Of a DNA stretch of 64,000 nt, positions 10,363-19,262 are shown in pieces. The notes beneath the pieces were generated by a model, which saw only the letters and a program-made list of their open reading frames with translations, was not told the DNA's origin and did not search any database. The stretch is taken from contig OZ244621.1 in the NCBI GenBank assembly GCA_965218425.1, positions 384,001-448,000 on the forward strand, given 5' to 3'. The stretch comes from an uncultured Candidatus Binatia bacterium (lineage in GTDB: Bacteria > Desulfobacterota > Binatia > UBA9968 > CAXXLF01). Position 1 is the first letter of the stretch. Each line of letters begins with the position of its first letter. Position numbers and translations under genes: made by a program.

Positions 10363-11391
10363 TTAAGTGTCCCTTACGGCCGTGTGAAATAGATCGTCTA
10401 CACTAGACCGCCCCTGGGTTAAGCCCTGCTCCGCGGAGCTGTGAAACATCATCTCCAGCATTTTTCGATTGGCCTTCAAGCCCAATGGAAAGGGATCTTC
10501 TCCAAAGATCTTGGTTTGCCTTCTAATATCGTCTGCCAAGAACAATAGATATCCAGCCCCCTGTTGTTTTGCCCTTTCATAGGCTACTTCCTTGCTTTTC
10601 TGAAATGCCTTGAAGAGTTCCATGGCCACCCAGGGCTCTTTTTCCAAAACCTTGTTCTTGACTATCACCATATGGTTTACGGGGATCACCCCCGTTTTGC
10701 CATAGAAATCACCAATAATCTGCCGGCCGAAATCGGGAAATAATTTTCGGATTCTTGGATTATCCTCGATGATGGTGCCTCCATGACGGTCGATAGGCTT
10801 GGCCACGCCAGGGTACTGGCGCGCAATCACACCATAGGCAGCGTCCAGCTCTCCCCTGTCTAGCATCACATCAAGAGACTGATCTTCCTTGAGCCAGTGA
10901 AGGTCAATACCGGTGGGCGGGGTCTCGGCCAGCCCCAGCTCACCTCCGTGGCTGTGCTCAACTGTTCGGCCGTTGAACCAGACAATATCTTTGGCGCCAA
11001 TTCCATAGAGCTCCTTCAGCACCGCCTTCATCCAGACCGCCGCAGTCATATTGTAATCGGGGACGCCCACTCTTTTGCCTGCGAAGTCTTTTAGCTCGTT
11101 GATCTTGGCCCCCGTATTCACAAACAAGGTAAGCCAGACAAAGGCCTTGGAGAGAAAGACCGGCAGACCGCTCCATTGCCATCGGGTACCGTCGCCCCGC
11201 TCCTTGGTCATGGAAAAACTGGAGATGGACATTTCAGACACGTCGAATTCTTCATTTTTTAGATTGCGGTAAAAGAGGTTTCCCGGATCAATGATGACAA
11301 ACTCCAGCTCGATGCCTTTTGGTTTTACAGTACCGTCGGCTAAAGGCTGTATGCGGGGATTGTTGGAAAATCCGATGGTAAGCTTGAGCAT
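10363..11391 (-). CDS. 4,5-dihydroxyphthalate decarboxylase-like protein
   Basis: PLADGTVKPKGIEL, EFDVSEMSISS, GKRVGVPDYNMTAAVW, FGEDPFPLGLKANR, EQGL. Confidence 0.85.
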   Translation of the reverse strand: MLKLTIGFSNNPRIQPLADGTVKPKGIELEFVIIDPGNLFYRNLKNEEFDVSEMSISSFSMTKERGDGTRWQWSGLPVFLSKAFVWLTLFVNTGAKINELKDFAGKRVGVPDYNMTAAVWMKAVLKELYGIGAKDIVWFNGRTVEHSHGGELGLAETPPTGIDLHWLKEDQSLDVMLDRGELDAAYGVIARQYPGVAKPIDRHGGTIIEDNPRIRKLFPDFGRQIIGDFYGKTGVIPVNHMVIVKNKVLEKEPWVAMELFKAFQKSKEVAYERAKQQGAGYLLFLADDIRRQTKIFGEDPFPLGLKANRKMLEMMFHSSAEQGLTQGRSSVDDLFHTAVRDT

Positions 11392-11446
11392 AGTGCCTCC
11401 TCGGTTTTAATGAGATGGTGAGTTTACGCGGCATTCCCGTAGCGGA

Positions 11447-11476
11447 TCATAACAGAACATTGGCGTATGATGTCAA
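11447..11476 (-). promoter_or_regulatory. Putative sigma70 promoter
   Basis: Minus strand TTGACA followed at normal spacing by TG-n-TATGAT upstream of ATG 11391. Confidence 0.55.
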
Positions 11477-11577
11477 CCTGAGACTGGCTATCAGGCTAGT
11501 GGTGCGGTTGCGTGGATGAGAACCCTGGTCCTAACGATGAAATGAACATGAGTTTGCACAAGGAGTCGCCGTCCCTT

Positions 11578-11616
11578 TTCCTCGACAGGCTCGGGATGGT
11601 GAGCGAAGTCGAACCA
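11578..11616. repeat. REP-like short palindrome
   Basis: TTCCTCGACAGGCTCGGGATGGTGAGCGAAGTCGAACC: TCGAC/GTCGA and GCTC/GAGC arms; resembles the CCTTCGACAAGCTCAGG-type REP repeat. Confidence 0.55.
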
Positions 11617-11679
11617 CGATTCAGCGGTGCTTCGGCGGGAAGGATTGCTTGCCGATGTAAAAACCGGCGAGGAAATCAT

Positions 11680-11910
11680 GGGCTCGGAAACCCGCCCCCC
11701 AGCGGGAGCCGATGGGCTCATACCTCGAGGCCCCGTCGTTTGATCCGGCACGTCAACTTGGCATGAACCTGCAGTATCGGACGTCTCCCTTTCTTCAGGC
11801 CAGGCCCCCTGCGCCCTGGATTCAATGAGCGACGAGGGGGCGAGGATGAAGAACGTGGGCATCGAACGTGGTGCTTCAGAAATTCACTGGCTTATTGCCC
11901 ACGGCCTGAA
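11680..11910. repeat. Conserved non-coding element, copy 2 (candidate structured RNA or MITE)
   Basis: Homolog of 8736-8968; 29 mismatches in the first 129 ungapped nt. Confidence 0.75.
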
Positions 11911-12126
11911 GACTCGCGCACCGAAGAGCACGGATGGATTGGGAGAAATTGGTCTTGGCGGCCTGCGCCGTATGAAAACCAGAGGCCTCCCACTCGCAGG
12001 ACCCTCGTCGCAATAGACCGCATATCCGAATCCACGAGGACCGACTGGGGCTTTCAATGGGATCGCTATCCGTATAATAAGGTTTGAAGTGAATTCTTTA
12101 TTAGGGCGCTGATAGGAGGATATGCC

Positions 12127-13074
12127 GTGATTCTAATCATTGGTGGCATGGGATTCATCGGTCTGAATACCGCTCTCCGTCTGCTGGACGTGGGAGAGAG
12201 TGTTGTCATTACGCAGTACAGCATGCGTCGAGTGCCCGCCGTTCTTGAGCCGGAGTTGGATAAACGGGCCTTTGTTGCACCAATGGACGTGACAAAAGGC
12301 TATGAGGTGATGGACGTTGTTCACCGATACAAAGTGGAGAGCATCATCTCATTTGCGGCCCCTCCCGCCCGAGGCATCAGCGCTCAGGAAGATTACCGCA
12401 TCTATACGGACGGGCTACAGAACACCCTCGAGGCGGCACGGGTTTTCGGCCTGCACAGGGTATCCCTGGCCAGTTCCACCTCGGTGTACGGCAGCCTTCA
12501 GGAAGGGCCCTTCCGGGAGGACATGCCGCTACCGGTTCAGGCCAAGACCCAAATAGAGGCGTTCAAAAAAGCCATGGAGGTCCACGCATTCCACTATTCA
12601 ACTCGGATCGGTCTAGACTTGGTTGCGCTCCGCATCGGCAGCATCTACGGGCCCCACTACTACAGCATGTTCAACCCCATGAGTCGCATGTGCCAGGCGG
12701 CGTTGAAGGGTTCAGACCCCGACTTCTCCGATCGCCCCGCCGGCTCCATACGCGAGGATGACGAAGGCGATTGGACCTATGTCGCGGATCTAGCCAGAGG
12801 TATCGAGCTGGTACACAGGGCGGGAAAGCTTTCCCACAACACTTATAACGTAGGCTCAGGCAAGGCCACTTCCACCAGGCGCATATTTGAAGCGGTGCAA
12901 AAGATCATACCAGGTGCGCGCTGCTCTGCTCTCAAACCCGGGCGAAGCGGCGCCATGCCCATAAACCCGGTTATGGACTTAAGCCGAATTAGCAAGGATG
13001 TCGGCTACGAACCTGAGTACGATATCGACTCCGGTATGGCGGCCTACGTGGAACATCTCAAGGGACAGCCCTAA
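12127..13074 (+). CDS. NAD-dependent epimerase/dehydratase (extended SDR)
   Basis: IIGGMGFIG Rossmann motif, ASSTSVYG, LRIGSIYGP, YNVGSG; YxxxK replaced by IEAFKK; GTG start with RBS AGGAGG. Confidence 0.88.
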   Translation: MILIIGGMGFIGLNTALRLLDVGESVVITQYSMRRVPAVLEPELDKRAFVAPMDVTKGYEVMDVVHRYKVESIISFAAPPARGISAQEDYRIYTDGLQNTLEAARVFGLHRVSLASSTSVYGSLQEGPFREDMPLPVQAKTQIEAFKKAMEVHAFHYSTRIGLDLVALRIGSIYGPHYYSMFNPMSRMCQAALKGSDPDFSDRPAGSIREDDEGDWTYVADLARGIELVHRAGKLSHNTYNVGSGKATSTRRIFEAVQKIIPGARCSALKPGRSGAMPINPVMDLSRISKDVGYEPEYDIDSGMAAYVEHLKGQP

Positions 13075-13120
13075 CAGCAAGAAGGCTCTTCAGCCCTCTA
13101 AGCGAAACCCACAGGACCCG

Positions 13121-14443
13121 TCACGATTCCGCTTGATTTACACCGACACCTTCCCATCGTGAGGCGGAAAGGATGTCACGATAGGCGTCGAGCCAATGGG
13201 TTCCTTCATCGGCCACAAAATGGCCGCCACGAACCCGGTCATAGTATTCCGGGTGATCTGCGCTGGGGGGCAGGGTCTTATCCTTCTCGTAAGCAAGCGC
13301 GCTCCGAATCAAGAGACGACGCACCCGGGCAATCATAATGTCGCTAGGGGCCAGATGCTCTATGGTGCGGTCGAGGATGGCTCCCATGCTCTCCTGGATC
13401 GCCTGGTCCTGCATTTGGACTCCTTCAATTCCGGTATAGCTTTGGGTACGCTGGACCTCGCGGTCAATACCATAGTCGTTAGTTGCGTTGAGGGAGAGCC
13501 GCCAGCGACCATACCAATCCGTGGTGTTGGGGAGATAGGGATAGTTTCGTGAGGCGCCGGCAATCTCACCGTCGCGGACGGGTCGGCCTTGATAAGGATA
13601 GGCTCCCTGCTTGATGAGCTCCACGATCATGGTGTGAGTGTCGTCCATAGGCACATAGGCGCGAGTCAACACATTGGTTTGCAATGAATTGATGGGGGGC
13701 ATGGTCCAGAAAGGAAAAAGGAAATGGCCGAACCGCCAGTAGGTCTGTCCCTCATGGGCCGGTCGGTGGGCGGCGTAGATGTAGCCGTAATCGGTTTCCT
13801 GGATTTTGTATTCCGGCGCCCGGTTAGCAACCACGAACTGTTGTTGAGCGTCTGGCTGAAAGGCGCTGCGGTCGATCTTACCGAAATGCATAATCCCCAC
13901 GTGGGAGGTATCCAGCTCCCCCTCCAACCCCTGGAGCCAGTTGGCCTCCCGCTGGGTAAAACGGATGCTGAGCTGATCCTCTGGCACTAACGTGGATTCC
14001 ACAGGGGGAAAGGCGGGAGGAGCCTCCTGGCGCTCACCCATGTAAACATAGACAACCCCGTTGCGCTCCACAATCTTGTAGGCCCCGGCTTTCACCTTGT
14101 GTTTGAAATCTAAATCCGGCGGCAAATTGGCTTGATCGACGCAATTGCCTCGCACGTCGAACTTCCATCCGTGATAGACGCATCGGATTCCGTCCTCTTC
14201 GTTCCTACCAAAAAAGAACGAGGCGCCGCGGTGCGGGCAGCGGTGGTCCATGATACCCGCTCGACCCGAGGAATCGCGAAACGCGATGAGCTTCTCCCCC
14301 AGGAGCACCAGCCGCATGGGATCGCCGTCAGCTTTGAGCTCCGCAGACATGGCCGCGGGGATCCAGAATTGCCGCATTAACTCCCCCATGGGCGTACCAC
14401 GCCCAACCCGGGTCAGGATCTCGTTATCGCGTATGTTGGTCAT
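13121..14443 (-). CDS. Rieske oxygenase alpha subunit (phthalate dioxygenase/LigX-like family)
   Basis: CPHRG...CVYHGW; EGELDTSHVGIMH; QDQAIQESMG. Confidence 0.93.
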   Translation of the reverse strand: MTNIRDNEILTRVGRGTPMGELMRQFWIPAAMSAELKADGDPMRLVLLGEKLIAFRDSSGRAGIMDHRCPHRGASFFFGRNEEDGIRCVYHGWKFDVRGNCVDQANLPPDLDFKHKVKAGAYKIVERNGVVYVYMGERQEAPPAFPPVESTLVPEDQLSIRFTQREANWLQGLEGELDTSHVGIMHFGKIDRSAFQPDAQQQFVVANRAPEYKIQETDYGYIYAAHRPAHEGQTYWRFGHFLFPFWTMPPINSLQTNVLTRAYVPMDDTHTMIVELIKQGAYPYQGRPVRDGEIAGASRNYPYLPNTTDWYGRWRLSLNATNDYGIDREVQRTQSYTGIEGVQMQDQAIQESMGAILDRTIEHLAPSDIMIARVRRLLIRSALAYEKDKTLPPSADHPEYYDRVRGGHFVADEGTHWLDAYRDILSASRWEGVGVNQAES

Positions 14444-15174
14444 GACCGTCCCTCCTCCGGCACATCACTTTCAGGCCGGGTTTTCCTCCCGTAGGAACCC
14501 CGACGGGTCAGGGTCATAAGGAACTTGTTAAAATCCTTTTCGCCTCTAAATTTCTTCATGTCATATTTCTCCGCGTGTGTCATACTGTCCAATGCACGAC
14601 GAGGCGGAGGACTCACTGGTGTAGAAGGATACCCAATCGGGACAACGTGGTAGATTCTCAAAGGTTCGGGAACCCCCAACAGAACCTTGAGCATGGTAGA
14701 CATATAAGGAGAGCTGGCGTCGCTCACGTATTGAGCCCCCAAGCCTAGGCTGGTGGCTGCAAGATGAATCAAGAGAGTCGCATTGGCCAACCCACTGTAA
14801 AAATGGGAATCGGATTTTTCCTCCCGTGTTCGGATGGGATAGGATTCATTGACTCTGGGATCGCCGAGAACCACAATATGGACCGGCGCATTGCGAAACC
14901 CGGCCCCCGTCATCTTGATCTCCCCTCGCACGGCCATCTCCCTCTCTTTTTTATGCTCCAACTGCTTTAGGTATAGATCCGCGATTTTGTTTCTCGTTTC
15001 CTGATCTCGGACCACGATAAATTCCCAGGGTTGCCCATTGCCCCCCGACGGCGTCCAACTGGCAACCCCCAGTATTTTCTTGACCACCTCTTCGGGAACG
15101 TCCTTGTCCTTCTGATATCCCCGGATGCTTCGCCGGCTCATCACTAACTCGCAGAATTCATCAATACTCGACAT
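14440..15174 (-). CDS. Nitroreductase family flavoprotein
   Basis: SRRSIRGY, WTPSGGNGQPWEFIVV, LAATSLGLG, VPIGYP; start MSSID after GGAG; ATGA overlap with the Rieske gene. Confidence 0.9.
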   Translation of the reverse strand: MSSIDEFCELVMSRRSIRGYQKDKDVPEEVVKKILGVASWTPSGGNGQPWEFIVVRDQETRNKIADLYLKQLEHKKEREMAVRGEIKMTGAGFRNAPVHIVVLGDPRVNESYPIRTREEKSDSHFYSGLANATLLIHLAATSLGLGAQYVSDASSPYMSTMLKVLLGVPEPLRIYHVVPIGYPSTPVSPPPRRALDSMTHAEKYDMKKFRGEKDFNKFLMTLTRRGSYGRKTRPESDVPEEGRS

Positions 15175-15199
15175 GGCCATCTCCAGATCCGGATTCAAC

Positions 15200-16171
15200 C
15201 TAGAGTGTGAGACTCTCGGGAAAGAATAGATCCTCAAGCTTCGGTTTTTTGTCTAAAAGTCCCTGCTGGACCTGGTATTCCATGAGAGTCTCCAAGGACT
15301 TCCGGGCACAGGAATCCAACCTATAGGAGAATGGATCGTCCTCCATGACTTCCCGCTCCCATCGGGCTTCTTTCTTTTGCTCTTCGTTCATGTAATTCTC
15401 CGCCAGTGCACGGGCCTGTCGAAAGACCCTCAACAAACTCCCAACCACCCAAGGATGCCCGGCCACTAGTTCCTCCCGTAAAGCCAAACTATGGATGATG
15501 GGGATAACCTGAGTTCGCCGGAAGTAGTCTGCCTCCACTCGATACGAGTCTTCGAATAGGCGACGCAACCTAGGATTTTTTGCCAGGCCAGGATAGGGCT
15601 CCAGCGCAGCGTCTATCTCACCCTCCTCCAGGAGCTCAATGGCATGCTCCCGAGTTCTCGGCGCCGATATGAACTGCACCCGGACGCCTTCGGGTCGAAG
15701 GCGTAGCCCTTCCTCCCCCACATCGTTTTCGGCAACGTACCAATCCATCTCCTCTGGCCGTACCCCGTAATCGTTTTGCAGCAGTCCACGCACCCATACG
15801 GACGTGGATGCATTGTAACGATGCACGGTGACCCGTTTTCCTTTCAAATCCGACGGCTGGCGCACCGATGAATTAGCCGGGCAATATATGCATCGATGCC
15901 GAAACTGGCGGGAAATAAATACTGGAAATATCTTTAAGGGCACTCCGCGGTTACGAGCCAGAATAAACGAAGACGTGGAGCATTCCCCACCGGGAATCTT
16001 ACCCTCAATGATCCATCGGTGGCGAGCACCCGTGTTGTCGTATCCCTGCGAAAACTGGCTCCGGCACTCAAGATCGATGCCCTCTGGTTTAACATGCCCG
16101 TCGAACAGGGCCTGAGTGCGGTTATTTAGGGACAATCCTAAAGTGAGGGGCAAGGGCTTAGCCATGGTCAT
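15200..16171 (-). CDS. 4,5-dihydroxyphthalate decarboxylase-like protein
   Basis: RTQALFDGHVKPEGIDL, FPVFISRQFRH, PSDLKGKRV, DDPFSY, QQGLL. Confidence 0.82.
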   Translation of the reverse strand: MTMAKPLPLTLGLSLNNRTQALFDGHVKPEGIDLECRSQFSQGYDNTGARHRWIIEGKIPGGECSTSSFILARNRGVPLKIFPVFISRQFRHRCIYCPANSSVRQPSDLKGKRVTVHRYNASTSVWVRGLLQNDYGVRPEEMDWYVAENDVGEEGLRLRPEGVRVQFISAPRTREHAIELLEEGEIDAALEPYPGLAKNPRLRRLFEDSYRVEADYFRRTQVIPIIHSLALREELVAGHPWVVGSLLRVFRQARALAENYMNEEQKKEARWEREVMEDDPFSYRLDSCARKSLETLMEYQVQQGLLDKKPKLEDLFFPESLTL

Positions 16172-16404
16172 GCCTCCCTTCCTGGTTGGAAGCTAACATA
16201 CGCAAAATACCCCCATCTGTCATCAACGGGTGGACGATTTTCGCAAGAGTCTATGAGAGAAACCTAGACAAATCAACTGCGGATTGAGGCTCTAAAAGAG
16301 GGACGGCAACCGAAACTTGAACTCCGGCTCATTCTGGATTAATCTTTAACAGAATCGAAAATATCTGAACCAGAAAATTCCAACACCTTGGAGGTGTAAT
16401 ACTG

Positions 16405-17223
16405 ATGGCAACCATGATAGCTTCCGACTGTATCAATTGTGGCGCCTGTGAGCCGGAATGCCCCAATAACGCCATCTCCGCTGGCGATCCCATCTATGTT
16501 ATTGATCCGCAGCTCTGTACGGAGTGCGTCGGCTTTCATGATTACGAAGCCTGCGCAGCGGTATGCCCCGTGGACGTATGTGTAACCGATCCTAACAATA
16601 TTGAAACAGAAGAAACGTTGATCGCTCGGGCTCGAAAGTTGCACCAAGATGAAGAGTTTGGGGAGAATTTCGAGTCGCGATTTCGAAAGGAAGAGAAAAA
16701 GCCCGAGGCAGAAGCCGCAACGGCCCCCGCCCCATCCGCGGAAGGAGAAGAGACTCCTACTACAGAGAGAGCAATTTCCGAAGGGCAACCCGCGATTGAC
16801 GGCGGAAAAGTTGATCTATCTAAACTGGCTTTGCCCGACGCGGCTCAATGGGAAGTGGCTGTTCAGTGTATCAAATGCGGCCAGGACTATACGACACCAG
16901 CAAAGCACTTCATGATCGGCAATGTCCTATTCTGCCCCCATTGTTTTAAATCCATGGTTGTCAAGGATAACCTGAACTTCCAAATTCTATCCCTCCTAAA
17001 GGAATCCTACGAGAACTGGGAGCGCAGGCTAGAGGAGTTTCAAACCAAAAGGGAGAAACTGATCAAGGAACTTCAACAGTCCCTCGAAAAAGAACAAAAA
17101 GGCCTTGAGTTAGAAAAAGAGAGAGTGACCCGTTCCATAGACAACCAACTCAAAGGAATTGTAGAATCTTACAAGGCACCCGGCACCCCCACAAACAAAA
17201 GGTCCCTTTTTCGTTGGGGTTAA
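16405..17223 (+). CDS. YfhL-type 2[4Fe-4S] ferredoxin fused to a zinc-ribbon-like motif and a coiled coil
   Basis: CINCGACEPECP and CTECVGFHDYEACAAVCP; acidic linker; CIKC-x16-CPHC; E/K-rich helical C-terminus. Confidence 0.85.
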   Translation: MATMIASDCINCGACEPECPNNAISAGDPIYVIDPQLCTECVGFHDYEACAAVCPVDVCVTDPNNIETEETLIARARKLHQDEEFGENFESRFRKEEKKPEAEAATAPAPSAEGEETPTTERAISEGQPAIDGGKVDLSKLALPDAAQWEVAVQCIKCGQDYTTPAKHFMIGNVLFCPHCFKSMVVKDNLNFQILSLLKESYENWERRLEEFQTKREKLIKELQQSLEKEQKGLELEKERVTRSIDNQLKGIVESYKAPGTPTNKRSLFRWG

Positions 17224-17333
17224 CCCCGATCCGACTTTGATCCGCCCAAATCATCCACCTATCCTATGGCATGCAGCCCAGAGCCTCCTATGTTTCGAGA
17301 ATTTTGTCAGATCGGGGGTAAATTCCCGTACCC

Positions 17334-17801
17334 ATGCTGAGCTTCTGGCTCCACCTCGTCGCCCTAACAGTGTATTTGGGGTCCCTGGTTGGATTTTGGG
17401 TTCTTGGCATTTCCCAACTCTCCGGCCTTCAAACCCATGAATCTCAGGTAGTCCTTCTTATCCATCGGCTGAAAGTTTACAATCCCGTGCAGATCGGGGC
17501 ACTTGGTGTATTGATTGTTACGGGCGCATTTCAGCTGACGGACCTGAAGGATACCCACCGCGCCTTATATACGCGAGAATTTGGTGAATCCCTCAGCCTT
17601 AAACTTCTGTTGGCCTTCGTCGTTATCATCCTCAGCACCTATCAGGCCCTGGGAGTGGGCCATCGCTTTGTTAGGCGTAGTGAAGCGCCCGAACCTGTGT
17701 CCCCTGGGGAGTTTCGGTCTGTGGCGACAAAGCTTCGAATCCTAACCCTTGTCATCTTTATTACGACCCTTGTCACCGTGTGGGTAAGCATTAGGATTTG
17801 A
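17334..17801 (+). CDS. Membrane protein, CopD/DUF4149-like
   Basis: WLHLVALTVYLGS, LIVTGAFQL, LSLKLLL; four hydrophobic helices. Confidence 0.7.
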   Translation: MLSFWLHLVALTVYLGSLVGFWVLGISQLSGLQTHESQVVLLIHRLKVYNPVQIGALGVLIVTGAFQLTDLKDTHRALYTREFGESLSLKLLLAFVVIILSTYQALGVGHRFVRRSEAPEPVSPGEFRSVATKLRILTLVIFITTLVTVWVSIRI

Positions 17802-17998
17802 GAGCGGCGGGGCAGTTTGAAAGCTATTCATTTGGCATCGCTATCTATTGGAAAAACAAGACAAAACTCAAAATACCCGCTCCCTGTTGACAATTTTTTT
17901 TGGATTATTTATAAGGGCATTTCAGGTCAGCGAACGCTCGCTGGCCTTTCTTATCAGATAATTGATACGTACTTCTGCTTTCACACTAGAGGTACCAC

Positions 17999-18361
17999 AT
18001 GCCCAGAACAAAGAAATCTTCCAAGGAAGATTCAGCGAAACAGAAGGGTCGTTCTACAAATAGTATCTATCTCGACGACTCGGACGATCAAGGATTGCCT
18101 GGTGATGAGGCGGGCCGGCTGAAAATCAAAAAACACTACGAGGAACTATTAGGAATTCGTCTGCAGAAACTCAAGGGTCAAGTCTTGAATCGAGAAAAGA
18201 TTAACAAAAGCATCGAAGGCATCTATTTCATATGTGGTGAATGCAAAAAGGTTTGCCACAACCTTGATGAAGGCTTGATTCAGGAACTGGAAAATCAAGT
18301 TAACCTCTGTAGCGCATGCGCTAAAGGAAAAGGGATTCGCAGCGCTACGGCTCAGGGATAA
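17999..18361 (+). CDS. Hypothetical protein with C-terminal Cys cluster (possible Zn finger)
   Basis: RBS AGAGGT; CGECKKVC...CSAC; TTGACA...TATAAG promoter-like motif near 17887. Confidence 0.7.
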   Translation: MPRTKKSSKEDSAKQKGRSTNSIYLDDSDDQGLPGDEAGRLKIKKHYEELLGIRLQKLKGQVLNREKINKSIEGIYFICGECKKVCHNLDEGLIQELENQVNLCSACAKGKGIRSATAQG

Positions 18362-18385
18362 CCCTAAGAAATCACCGAACCCGCA

Positions 18386-18428
18386 ACGGTGGTGCCGCGT
18401 CTTGCAGCTACCGTCTCTTTCCTTTCTT
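18386..18428 (+). terminator. Possible intrinsic terminator
   Basis: ACGGTGGTGC...GCAGCTACCGT imperfect stem followed by a pyrimidine/T-rich tract. Confidence 0.35.
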
Positions 18429-18487
18429 AAAACGTGGAGTATCGCTCAAGCGCTTTCAAACCGTATCCGAATCTCCATGGACAATCA

Positions 18488-19262
18488 ATGGTGAAAGGAC
18501 AACGCTACGCAGTAATCATGGCAGGAGGGCAAGGAGCTCGGTTCTGGCCCCTCAGCCGAAGCCGACGCCCCAAACAAGTCCTTAAAATCCTTGAAGGCAA
18601 GAGCCTCTTTCAAGAAACCGTAGCGCGGATCCTCCCTTATTTGGCGGGGATAAAATCCTAATCGTTACCGTTAAGGACCAGTTCCGCTTTCTACCCATTA
18701 CGGCAGGCCACTCGTTTAATGAAATCCGGATCCTTATGGAACAGTGGAATTTTCGTCCGGAAAGTTTCAACTCTTTTAACCCTGCTAGAAGGATTCACTC
18801 TTCGTGTTTACAGCGGTCTGCAGAAAATCAAGAAAGAAACCAATGAACAGAGGCCTACCAGACTAACACCCAGTGGACAAAGAATTCTCCGGAGAGAATA
18901 CAAAAAGAGGCCGAATATATCCATCGACCACGCTCCTACTTGAAAAAGCAGGATCCAAGAAGAAGGTTTTGACCGTAGAGGCAAATTTTCCATGGAGCGA
19001 TTTGGGAAGTTGGGCGGCTCAGCAGCAGTTTCTTCCAAAAGATAAGATGGGCAATGCGGCCATTGGACAGTGGCTCGGCATCGACTCAAGGAACTGTCTC
19101 GTTCATTCACGGGATCGTCCGGTGGTCCTCATAGGGGCAGAGGGGCTCATAGTAGTGGACGCTCCCGACGCGCTACTGGTTGGGGATATTAGCCGTGCAC
19201 AGGATATTCGGGAAGCTGTTAAGAAGTTAGAACAAAGCGGTAGGGGTAAGCTGATTAAATAA
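18488..19262 (+). pseudogene. manC: Mannose-1-phosphate guanylyltransferase, frameshifted with a large internal deletion
   Basis: Fragments in different frames: [40 protein letters not shown]; the central region that normally precedes WNSG is missing. Confidence 0.85.

Noticed and set aside
11491..12016. ORFs 11491..11862, 11512..11766 and 11825..12016 (and 8584..8901, 8913..9134)
   Set aside because: They overlap the duplicated element, whose copies differ by a stop, a 2-nt indel and non-periodic substitutions.
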